Of a stretch of 64,000 nt of DNA, positions 52,725 to 64,000 are shown in pieces. Position 1 is the stretch's first letter. Every line of letters begins with the position of its first letter. The translations under genes were made by a program, and so were the position numbers. The stretch comes from Adineta vaga (Eukaryota > Animalia > Rotifera): positions 9,238,001 to 9,302,000 of the forward strand of contig CP075495.1 of assembly GCA_021613535.1 (NCBI GenBank). The letters run 5' to 3'. A model generated the notes under the pieces. It did no database searches, was not told the DNA's origin, and worked only from the letters and a program-made list of their open reading frames with translations.

Positions 52725-54495
52725 TCAACCCTTCTGTGGTGCTGGTACAAGCTGTTCAGTCAATATACCTAAACCAAACATTACAAAAACACCTAGCAAA
52801 TAACCAGCAGTAACACAACCAAAACGGACCCAATCGAAATCTTTCGATTCTGGCATTAGTGTGGGCCACTAAAAGAATATGTATTATATTTGTTTTTAGA
52901 ATGAAAGAAGTAATAAATAACTTACTAAATCAACTAGAGCAATATAAGTAAATATACCAGCTGTCACTGAAAAAATCCATACTCGAGCAGTTTCATTTTC
53001 TGAAAGACTAACACCAACAAAAAAGCCAAGGAAAGCTGTACATGCTGAAAAAAAATTGAATAATAATGCACGCCGTATAGTAAAACCTGATTCGATCAGA
53101 ATCATCATTTCACCTAGATAAAATTATCGAGAACAATAATATTAAGTCGACAGAATTAAAATAAGAAGAAGAATACGAACCAAGTTCACTTGGAAATTCT
53201 TGGCAACCAACGGCAATGGCTTGTGCTACACCAAGAATAATACTATCAGAAAACGCTGCACCAATAGCAAGACCATCAGCAATGTTATGAATACCATCAC
53301 CTATAATTATCATCCATCCAATAGCTAAATCAAATAAGTAAGACAGAGAATAATATTTCAAGAAAACAAAATCCTTTACCTGGTGTTTGCTTATCCTCCG
53401 GTGTTAGAGCATAATGAGGAAATGTTGCAGAGAGAATCGTGTCACTACGATCTCTTATAGGCGTTGGCAATGTACTTATACCTTCGGATGGTAGTTCTTC
53501 ATGATCAAGACTATAAGCTTCCTGTTTATAAATAACAAAAAAAGTGAATAAACTAACAGAAGTCTCGTCTTCTTAAAAATATGTAAGATAAGTTTGCTTA
53601 TAAGGATTTCTCAGATTAAAAGGTCATCTAGATTTAAAATACAAAAAGATTCATGATTTCATTCTTTTCCTCTCTTAATCTAAAAGTATTTGTTTTTGAT
53701 TGCACATACTTTTCTTCGTCGATCTCGATAATTAATAAAAACATTAATCATAATTTCAAGAACATAGAAAAAGTATGCAGCTATTCAAATATAATATGTA
53801 TATACGTTCATATTGTCGATAATAATTACTTACTAAGAACAAGTATAAGCATTTGCCAAAGGAAAAGTGGTACAATTGGTTCATCTTCGTCAGGTTCAGG
53901 TTTTGTATCATTTATTTGTGTGTTATTGATTGATTTCTTACTATGACTCTCGAATTGAATGATCTGTGATTAATAAGTCAATGTTTTAGAAATGTTTCGA
54001 CTCAAGTAGATATACATACAGCTGGAAATAATTCAAAAGCACAATTAGCAAATAATGCACCAACGGCTAGTGAAGTAAAAAATGCATTTAAATATTTATA
54101 ATAAGGTTTTTTTGTTAATGGAAAAACCAATGCACCAACCAATGAAAATGTACTGATAACGGCAACACATAGAAATCCATAACCATATTCTGAAAAATTC
54201 ACAAACAAATCATGAAATCGATTGCGTTATTTTCTATGAAAAATTATTTACTTTGAGCATCAGTAGGACCTGGATGTTCATTTTCTGCTGCATGTGATTT
54301 AAATCCTATTGTATCAATAATAGTTCGAAGAAATGATAAGTGAAACTTGTCTAAAAGTGTACTGGAGTCTGATGTCCTCAATGTAGTATCTATATATATG
54401 ATTTGATCATCTCCATCAGCATTTATACGAACCAAGTATATACCAACGAGAAATAGAAGATAAATAAATTTTGGTAATCGATTGATGTTTATCAT
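52725..54495 (-). CDS. ZIP (SLC39) metal transporter, LIV-1 subfamily, copy A
   Basis: Signal peptide, [45 protein letters not shown]5 CQEFPSELG, ALLFNFFSA, TAGIFTYIALVDL. Confidence 0.9.
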
Positions 54496-55095
54496 GGTCT
54501 TTGAATGGAATGTATGATGTAAATATTATTAATTCTTCTTTCTTGTGACTGTTGCTTAACCTTGCAGATAAGATACTTAAATTTTCATGTTTAACAACTA
54601 GATCTCAATGATAAGCGTATTGTGATGTTGAAAAAAGAAGAGCGAATATAAAACGATAACAAAAAAATAAACAGAAAAGGTAAATACTGATGTTTAAGAT
54701 TCAAATAGAAAGAATTCTTTTATTATTTGACAACTTATTATGATATAACACCTAAATATATTAGTATTATTGTCTAAGAATCTATAATGATGTCTAATAA
54801 ATATCATTACATTTGAGTTTAGAACAACTATACTTAACGTGTGTTTCAGAAATATTTAGTTGATGAATATTAATCATACAGGACAACGTAGATCTTTAAA
54901 TAATTATCTCAGAAAGAAAATTTTCTCAAAAAGAACGCAAATCTTGTTTTGGCATAAACAAGCACTATTGTATTTATCATTTTGGTATAGTATTGAGCTT
55001 TGAGAAGCTTCAACTACGCAGATGAATAGAAAATAGTTGCCAAGATTATGATAATTTGTAGTATCAACACATTTTAAAAAATAACAAAACATATA

Positions 55096-55828
55096 CAGTG
55101 GAGTGCAAAAGTCCTTGCCCCTTGTATGGACCATCCTTCTGAAATCAGATCTCGAGCAGTTTTCTTAGGTTTTTTTAAACAACGTTATCAAAAGTAAGAG
55201 CAGATCAAAATGTATCTATTTACAAGGAAAATCATCGAAAATGGCCTTCGGCTAGAGAGACAAAGTATTCACGAGGAAACCTTACTTCATCAAAAATCGA
55301 AAGAAAATCTCATCTACATTATTGACATGATTGACCGTGAAAATCTTGTCAAAAAGACTATCCGCAGAAAGCTCTACGTCCGAACTGTATAACTATTTCT
55401 TCAAATGACTGAGAGCGATGACGTACGATAAGGTTTAGAGGACTGAAAAAGTACATTAACCTAAAAAAAAGGGCGAAGTCGTCAAATTGACGTTCCACGA
55501 AGTTGATGTTAATTCTCTAAAAACCGTCTAATCCGTCATAAAATCTCATGTTGAGAAGAAAAACTATCAAAAGTGTGTAATTTCGACAAATTTTCTCGTA
55601 AGATGCATGAGAAAACTAGCTGAATTATCCTAAATCATTTTATCAAGTCGGTAGAAACTAGGTATTTGGGTGTGGGCCATTCGAAGAGAAATATAATCAA
55701 ATAATTTTTCTGCTAGTTTTGAAGCTTGAACTAAGCTCTGTCTATGAGTATAATTTATTATTACAGCTGACATATACATGCAGAGAGGGGCGTGCAATAT
55801 TGAGGGCAAAAACTTTTGCACTTTACTG
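55096..55828. mobile_element. Non-autonomous Tc1/mariner-type DNA transposon relic (733 bp)
   Basis: Left end CAGTGGAGTGCAAAAGTCCTTGCCC matches the reverse complement of the right end CAGTAAAGTGCAAAAGTTTTTGCCC (21/25). TA flanks both ends (55094-55095, 55829-55830). The interior is less AT-rich, with a broken peptide containing KKTIRRKL. Confidence 0.8.
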
Positions 55829-56251
55829 TATGTTTCTTTTAATCGAACAAGTTGACAGAAACTATTTGATAATAGATAAGCACAAAGTAAACTAACGTGA
55901 TATCTATCTTCGGTACTTGGTGCATTCTCAACTCTTCAGACTATTAAAATACATTTTTTTTTACAAATCTTGCATCTCTAGTATTGTTGAAATAACCTAT
56001 ATTCTTCTATTTTGGATATCATAAGAAAAAGCGTGTCTGTTTCAATCTATTTTCGATTTACTAAAGAAGTTTTTTCCTAACACGGTTTGTGATGTCATCA
56101 TTAGAAATACATGCCATATAGATAAAACAACAGCAAATATGAACTATCGAATCATTAAAAACTGATCGTTTTTCACATATTTATATTCTACACTCTATTT
56201 ATTAAATCATGATACAGTTTTCAATAAATATACACTAAATAAAAGCTTTTA

Positions 56252-58011
56252 TTAATTTTCACTTGATCTAACAATTCGTTCTTCAAATATTGTTAAAATA
56301 AACATAATAAAAACACCTGATAAATAACCACAAGTTACACAAGTAAATCTTATCCAATCAAATGTATCGGTATGAGGCATTAATGTTGGCCACTATGGAA
56401 ATAGAAGTATTCAAATATCATTTTCATTTATCCGAAGAACTTACTAAATCAACTAAAGCAATATAAGCAAATGTGCCAGCTGTAACTGCAAAAATCCATA
56501 CACGAGCAGATTCATCTTGAGCAACACTTGCTCCAATAAAAAAGCCAATAATTGCGGTGCAAGCCGAAATGAAATTAAAGAGAAGTGCACGTCGTATAGT
56601 AAAACCTGATTCAATCAAAACCATATATTCGCCTATAAATTACAATAAGACTCTTTTGTTTTACAATACATGAATAATCGAGAATAAAAACTCTCACCAA
56701 GTTCAGTTGGTAATTCATGACAAGCAATAGCAATTGATGTTGTTAAACCAAACATTGTGTTTTCAGCAAAAGCTGCTCCAATAGCAAGACCATCAGCGAT
56801 ATTATGAATACCATCTCCAATAATTATCATCCAACCCGTACCTAGGAAATATATTTATAGAAATAAAACTTTCGCTTTTTGCCTACAATACTACATGCTT
56901 ACTTTTTGTTTGTCGTTCATCTGATGTAATCATCAAATTGGGTAGTGTATTAGTAGAAATAACTGAATTATCATGTTGTGAATTCGATATTGTCTTATTT
57001 GGTAAAACACTAATTTCAGGTAATGGTAATTCTTTGTGATCCAGGTCAAATTTAGTCTATTCGATAGTATTAAAAAAAGAAAAATGATTGATAAAAATAG
57101 ATATAATTATATGTATATTTATCTTCACCTACTTTTTTATGTTCATGTTGGTGAAGCATGAATGCATGGATAATCAGTTCAATAATATAAAAGACATAAG
57201 CAGCTAAATGAAAAGCGCTAATTGAAATTATAATTAGAACGTTCTTAACTTACTGAGAACAACAGTCGTCATTTGCCAAAGTGAAATTGGTATATGTAAC
57301 CTACCATCGTGATGTTCTTCTGAATTCTTTCGACTACGTTCATGTGAATGTGATGATGTCATAGAGCTTTGAATTATCTAAAGAATAATAAAAACAATTT
57401 CATCATGAAGAAAACAATAAAAAATTCGCATATTGTGTACATACAACGGGAAATAATTCAAACGCACTATCAGCAAAAAGTGTACCAACTGCAAGAGCAG
57501 TAAAAAACGCATTAAGATATTTATAATAGGGTTTCTTCATTAATGGAAATGCAACAAAACCAGCTAATGACAATAGACTAATGATAAGAACAGCTAAAAA
57601 TCCATATCCATATTCTAAAAATATGAAAAAGAAAAAGAGAATGATTTCATGTTTGATATAAGAAATTTACTATGAGCAAATGATGGATGTTTACGAGATG
57701 AAAGTGTTGATGGCAGACAAGTTTTATTAGTTAGTTTTTGTACAAATGATAAATGACATTGATCAACAAGTTCGATTTCAGTACAATTTATTTCTCGAAT
57801 TGTATAATTTTCATTATTTTTATCATCAATAGATGATATTCTATAAACTGTTGATGGAGACCAACACTAAATTGAAAATAAATAGTTATACCTTCTTTTG
57901 AAAGAGATCACTTACGGTATCTTCATTCTCTTTCGCATTAATAAAACTTAGAAATAATGCACAAACTATGAACCATTGAAAAGAATTTCGAAATGGATCT
58001 ATTCTAAACAT
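56252..58011 (-). CDS. ZIP (SLC39) metal transporter, LIV-1 subfamily, copy B
   Basis: Same exon pattern as copy A: [64 protein letters not shown]. Cys-containing ectodomain. Confidence 0.9.
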
Positions 58012-58644
58012 ATTGTGCTAGGCTAAAATATTAGAATATATGTTGTTGTTGTTGTTGTTGTTGTTCTATTCTAATGCCGTTTAAAACATTGATTTTAATA
58101 GCAAGACAAATATGTACGTGATAAGTCAAATATCATCGATCCAAGTACGATCGAAAAGAGCGAAGATAAAAAAAAAAGAGTACAAATGAACAATTTCATT
58201 TCTAATGTCATTTTTTAATGTACTTTCTTTGTAATGATAAAAGAAATCAGAACAATTGACGCAGAAACCTGAAAAATTCATTCATCAATAGAATATTACA
58301 TAGACAGTAAAGTACAAAAGACACATGTTGACATTATCGGCACAGAAAAACGACAATCGATTAGGTAATATTACTTATCAATTGTTTGCTGCGTATTGTT
58401 GGATTATTACTTTGGTATTTGTCGTTTGAAGACTATTTCAATGAAAGACTCTTGACAATTTTGATATTGAATCAGAAATATACTTTAAGTAAGACAAAGG
58501 TCAAAATCACTTTCATATTCTTTAATATAGAAGATTAATCCTTTCTTTCTTCCTTTTATTTCAGACAATGGATTCGGTTGTATACCGAATGTCATAAATT
58601 AGAAAATTTTTAAGTATCTATTCGTAAAAAATGTTTTTAAAAGT

Positions 58645-60236
58645 TTATATTGTCAATGTTAATCTACCACATGTTCCACTGTTATGAATCACATCAGTCT
58701 GCGCTTGAGAAGCTTCTTCTAATGGATAGATTTTTCCTAAAAATGGTTTGATATAACCATGTTTAAGGCCATTTTGTAGAAAAGCATTAACCATTTGAAA
58801 TTCATCCTAGTTTTTATTATTAGACCAAAATTTTAAAGAATGCATTTCTTTTATCTTACTTCACTTGAACTATATAAAGTAACACCATGAATAGTTGTTT
58901 CTTTAGCCATTAAAAGTCGAGGATTGATATCAATTGTACCACGATTTCCAACAACAACAACTCGACCAACCTTTGCTTTGAGTAATTGTAAATCATTATT
59001 TAGATTAACATTAGCTAACATTTCAATGATTAAATCAACCCCTTCACCATTTATTGAAGCTTTCTAAAGATAAAATAATAGAAAATAGTCAAAATGATTG
59101 AAGAATATTTTACAGCAATATCTTGTAGATATCCTTCTTGTTTATGATTAAAAACAAGATCAGCACCTTGATTAAGAACGGCTTGCAAACCTTGTTCTGT
59201 CGAAGCAGTACCAATCACACGTAAACCAAGTGATTTAGCTAATTGTACAGCTGCAATTCCAACCTATCGATAACCGAAACGTACCATAATATCATCTGTT
59301 TTTTCTCTCTTCAAATCCACTTACACCTCCGCTAGCTCCATGAATTAAAACCGTTTCATTTGGTTTCGCATGGCCTCTATAATATAATAAAGTGAATATA
59401 ATTACAAAGCAAAAAACAACTTCGTTCTGTATAGAATATGTCTCGATTAAGAGTTTGAATACATTCGTAAGAACAATAAGATCATGTCTTAATATTCATT
59501 TTAAAATGCATGTAAAAATCTAATGACGAAGACTTCAAATGAATTTTTTAAATTGAAACGATCTACTTTATTATTCATCCTCATTAATCTGTGACAAGCA
59601 CTGTTCCTTTAGTCTTTTTAACACCAGAACTGACATAGATTTCTGCTTACTTGATGACAAGGGCACGATAGGCAGTGAAATAAGGAACGCCAAGAGCTGA
59701 GCCTTCTTCATAAGAAATATTTGCTGGTAGAGAAAAGACAAAATCACTATGAGCAACACAATATTCTGCATAAGTGCCAGTAACAGTCTTTGCTGTAAAA
59801 ACACGATCACCAATCTAAATAAAATATGCGATACTGTCAATTGATAGAAAAATTTTACTTTAAACTTTGAAACTTCATCTCCAACTCGTTCAATAACACC
59901 CGCAGCATCACCACCAGGTACGTAGGGTAAGTTCGGCAAGCGAGGATAAGCTCCTGATCGAATATACGTATCTACTGGATTGATACCTGCAGCATGTACT
60001 CGAATCAAAACCTAATCATGAATTTTAAAATCGTCTAATTATAATCTATAAAATATCACACTTCTCGAGATTGTATGTTAGGTACAGGCACATTTCCAAC
60101 TAATTTAAGTACACTAGCATCACCTACAAACGAAACATAAGTAGAATTATTATATAGCGATGACACAAGAATTAGATGAAAATTATATTGATGTACCAAA
60201 TTCTTTGACTAAGATTGCACGCATTATATTTGCCAT
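58645..60236 (-). CDS. CRYZ: Zeta-crystallin / NADPH:quinone oxidoreductase (MDR superfamily), multi-exon
   Basis: [106 protein letters not shown]. Confidence 0.93.
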
Positions 60237-61320
60237 TTTTAGAATTTAATTTAATTAACTATTTTCTATAGATACATCTATTTCCTTATATAATAATATA
60301 TTTTTGCATCGTCATGTATGCACATGAAAAGATTTGATAAGAGAGAAGACCAATACGAAAAATTATATCACTGTGCGTCGCTCAAGTGCGGATCACATTC
60401 AAATAAAATGTATTATTCTTATTAGATTCATGTAAAAACAGACTAGTTTTAGTAATTATTTCATTATAAAAAAGAATGAATAAGACATAGAGGGTACAAA
60501 AAAACATTGACCATACTAAATATCACTATTAAAACAAGTGCAACAGATTAAAACGAATTTTTGATTTATTTCAAGTATTTGAAAAATTATGAATATCATA
60601 ATTAAGCTATGAAAAACATTCATATTATTAATAATACCAAAGGAGAACTTTGCTCTTTATATATCTATCACATTAATTACACCCCATATATATATATATA
60701 ACCACCAGCCAATAATCTGATATGCACTTTACTGAGTTCATAGTCAGTACTGAAAAAAAATTCATTTATTCTTAAAAAAAATACCGTAGAAAACGAAAAA
60801 GGTTTGCATCACTTCCTCGTTTTTTGTTATTTTTATTTAGACATAAGATAAGCTTCGATTAAAGCTTTTTTAACAGTTGAACAATAGCTAAAATACCTAT
60901 GGCAGGACTTAAATTGCCCTTTCATTTAAATAAAAGTTCCGCAATATATAAATTATATATTAAAATCTGGAAGAAAAACTTGCCAGAATGTCATAGTTAG
61001 ACGTATGTGATTATATAAGTCAACTAAAACTACAGTTGTAACTGATGTTTGCGACAAAATAGAGAGAATCTTTCAGAATACCATGTGATTCTACATAGTA
61101 TATTTCTCATTCTTTTTTGAATTATCTGCCTTGGTCTTGTCGTTATTAAAGAAAATTGTGTTTTAATTCGTTTGACGCATTTATAAACTTGAAGTAAATC
61201 TGTTTGAAATAAAGCGTTTTTTATTAACATACTCTACGAGAAATGTTATTTTATTAAGATAATATTTAAACATAAACTCTGTTTTACAGTCTCTAACAAC
61301 TACTATTTCTACAAAGAAGA

Positions 61321-62458
61321 ATAATAGCTACCAATTCATCTTCAAACGGTCAATCTTCAGGATCTTCTGGTGGATTTGGAACTACAATTCTTCAAAAATA
61401 TTTGATTCTATACGGTAACATATTTCTATTTCTCTTCGGATACTTTGGTCAAATCAACAGTATTATTGAGTATCTACAAGCTGTTTGTTCATATGCGTTA
61501 CTACAGTATATCAGATACCATATATTTATTAGTTCGTACTTATGATTTTCTTTACATTGGAATTAGTCTTACACCAATTAGTTCTCAAAAAATTCAGATG
61601 CAACCAATGCTCTTTGCCGTTTACGCTCATTCATTCAATCAGTAGCCATATGTACATCAGCTTGGCTTCGTATTCGATTTCCATTTCAAGTTAAACAATT
61701 ATGTACAAGAAAACGTATGCTATTTGGTGCACTTTTTATTGTCCTGTGTGCAGTTGCATTCAATTCTCATCGTCTGCTACCAAGCTTCGGAATTATGTAG
61801 GGATCAACGATTTGTATTCCATTATCAGATGTAACATATACATTCTTTTACAGACAAGTATGTTCATTATTTTTAGTCGTGAGAAAATTGAAATTTCTTA
61901 TTATGATATTATTCTAGGTGTGGAATATTTTATTAGCATGCCTTCAAATCGTTTTACCAACAATCATGCTTCTAATTATAACAATTGCCATGTTTATTCG
62001 TCTAAAAGATCATCAAAGAAAGAGACAAAAATTGAATCAAAATCGTCGTAGTGCTTCTATTGATCGACACATGTTAATAATCATGTTAACAAGTATAATT
62101 TTATTTTTCTTCACCCAAATTCTTTTAAGTTTATTCAACATGCTTATATCACCTGTTTTACGATCTAAATTACCAATAACTAAAGCAAACGAATTAACAA
62201 CAGTCGTCAGTTATATTGCATCGATTAACTACGGTGTAAGAAATTATTTTTCTTCTCAAAACTATGATTTTTATCTTCATTTTCTATAGACAACATTCTA
62301 CATTCATTGTCTGACAAGTGGTTTATTTCGACAAGAATTTTACAATGTAATGCGATATATATTACGATCAAATTGTAGACGCATAGGTGTTGTTTTACAA
62401 ATGATTGGACCAATACAGTTACAAGTAATACAAACAGCCGTGCAAAAAAGTCGAAATA
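61321..62458 (+). pseudogene. Degenerate class A GPCR (pseudogene)
   Basis: TM1 (LFLFGYFGQIN), TM2 (ISDTIYLL), CRLRSFIQSV, TM5-TM7 (IVLPTIMLL, DRHMLIIMLTSIILFFFTQI, INYG) lie in different frames. No ATG at the N-terminal segment, and the DRY region is missing (SAWLRIRFP). Confidence 0.7.
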
Positions 62459-62533
62459 AAGGTAGAATTGAAATTGATAACAACTAAAACTCTGGTTTTT
62501 CATGCGATAATCTTTTTTTTTGTATTTCATTTA

Positions 62534-64000
62534 TTAGAAAAGTTTCTTTCGATATCGTTCTTGACCTGATGTCATATATCGAGCTGCACTCATTGTTGTA
62601 CATGTTGAATATGTAGCACGTTCTTGTCCATGTTGCATATACATATTGGTCATTGTTGTTTTAAATTCATGTTGACTCGAATATTTATATTCTAAATCAC
62701 GTATTAATTCTTGACAAAGTGGGTCTTGTGCAGATACGGATGCACGAATTTTATCTAATTGACCTTTAACTAATTCATTAGCACGTTCATAATCAGTTGT
62801 GTCAACTGCTTGTTTTAATACTTCACTTGTTTCAGCTCGATTACGTTGTATATCAAGTGCATAATTAACTTGTAAAAGTGATGATTGAGGATCTAGTTGA
62901 TTAGGACGAGCAATTGTAAACGATACTGATGGTGTATGAAGTGTTTGATCAGTATTAGCATCAGTATACTCCAATGATACATGACCTAAAAATTCAAATC
63001 GAATAAAAAGACTATTTTTGATCGGTTTGTCGTTTATTTCTTCCTTACCAATCGTATGTTCATCCAAATCATCTGACTCAGATGATTGTAGTTTTGGTAT
63101 TTTTACTTGAAAAACAAGATTTCGACTTTCATCTGCATTCAAATCTGTCATCTTAAATGTAATCTGACGGGATGGTAAATGCTTTGGCTCATAATCATAA
63201 GTTGTATGTGTATGAGTGATCTGATAGTCGTTTTCAAATTCTAATTTAATACGTAGATTTTTAGCAATACATGTAAATAATCCACCAATTGCTGCAGCAA
63301 ATGATGGACCAATTGCATCCATTCGATCAATATATGTAAAAGTACCACCATAACCCTGTTCAGCTATTTGTGATAGTAATGCAGCATTATGATCAGAACC
63401 GTAACCAAATGTGTGGCAAACAATACCGTCAGGCAAAGACTTCATTAAACGACTATAATCATGACTCTGATTATCTTGTCCATCGGTAAGAAGAAGCATA
63501 GCGCCTAAAGGATTTGTTGTTTGACGGTTTCTAAACAAGTCAATGGCCATTTGAAGACCGCTACCAATGTATGTACCGCCACTTGCATGAATTCGTTCTC
63601 TGATTGCGCCACGGACAACTTCTTTCCTTTTGAAAATACATGATATATTAATAAATAAAATATCGAAAAAATGATTTACTTTTGTGTAGTCATCAATTTC
63701 AAACCGTCAGAACGATCGTAGGCATTGGTATCAAATGAAACAATTGCTAATCGATCAAGTGCTGTTAATTGATCAACAATATAATTTAATGTATCTTTTA
63801 GGAGAGATATTTTCTGTCCTCCCATGGATCCACTTTGATCCACCACACAGATAAGATCAATTGGAACATGTAATTCATCAAGTTCTTTTTCATTGGTTAT
63901 ATTTGAAAATAATGAAGGAGCTTTCAAACTCACCATTCCATAAATATTCGATTCTTTCGTTGATTCCTGTGCACCAAATTCCATTGTGGTTGTTAGGGTA
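62534..64000 (-). CDS. von Willebrand factor A (VWA) domain protein, 5' end probably outside the window
   Basis: PIDLICVVDQSGSM (MIDAS DxSxS), DRLAIVSF, GGTYIGSGL, MLLLTDGQDN, HTFGYGSDH, GGTFTYI. Confidence 0.9.

Noticed and set aside
1-64000. CRISPR arrays, tRNA/rRNA genes, prokaryotic operons, viral RdRP
   Set aside because: No repeat-spacer arrays or structured RNA genes seen by eye. Genes have spliceosomal introns, and the polymerase has the cellular DxDGD signature rather than viral GDD.

Overview
AT-rich eukaryotic DNA with compact genes and mostly ~50-90 nt GT-AG introns. The gene content and intron size suggest a bdelloid rotifer, but this is inference. I reconstructed spliced genes by hand, since the ORF track shows only exon fragments. 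In order: a cellular RNA-dependent RNA polymerase (RdRP, 5' truncated, intact DLDGD), an orphan 4-TM gene, MICAL (minus strand) with an opposite-strand GPCR nested in an intron, MIIP, YLPM1/ZAP3, ARMT1 (frameshifted), a zf-MYND/MSS51-like protein with a very long disordered tail, a small single-pass protein, an SH2 adaptor, a GPCR, a divergent Argonaute, two tandem LIV-1 ZIP transporters separated by a Tc1/mariner relic, CRYZ, a GPCR pseudogene and a VWA protein. The best candidate for an undescribed system is a non-canonical RNAi pair. The RdRP ends in a transmembrane-like tail that coincides exactly with a potential in-frame 72-nt intron, and the Argonaute has a DEDD tetrad and Tyr->Arg in the MID 5'-phosphate pocket. 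Nothing in the sequence shows that the two act together.
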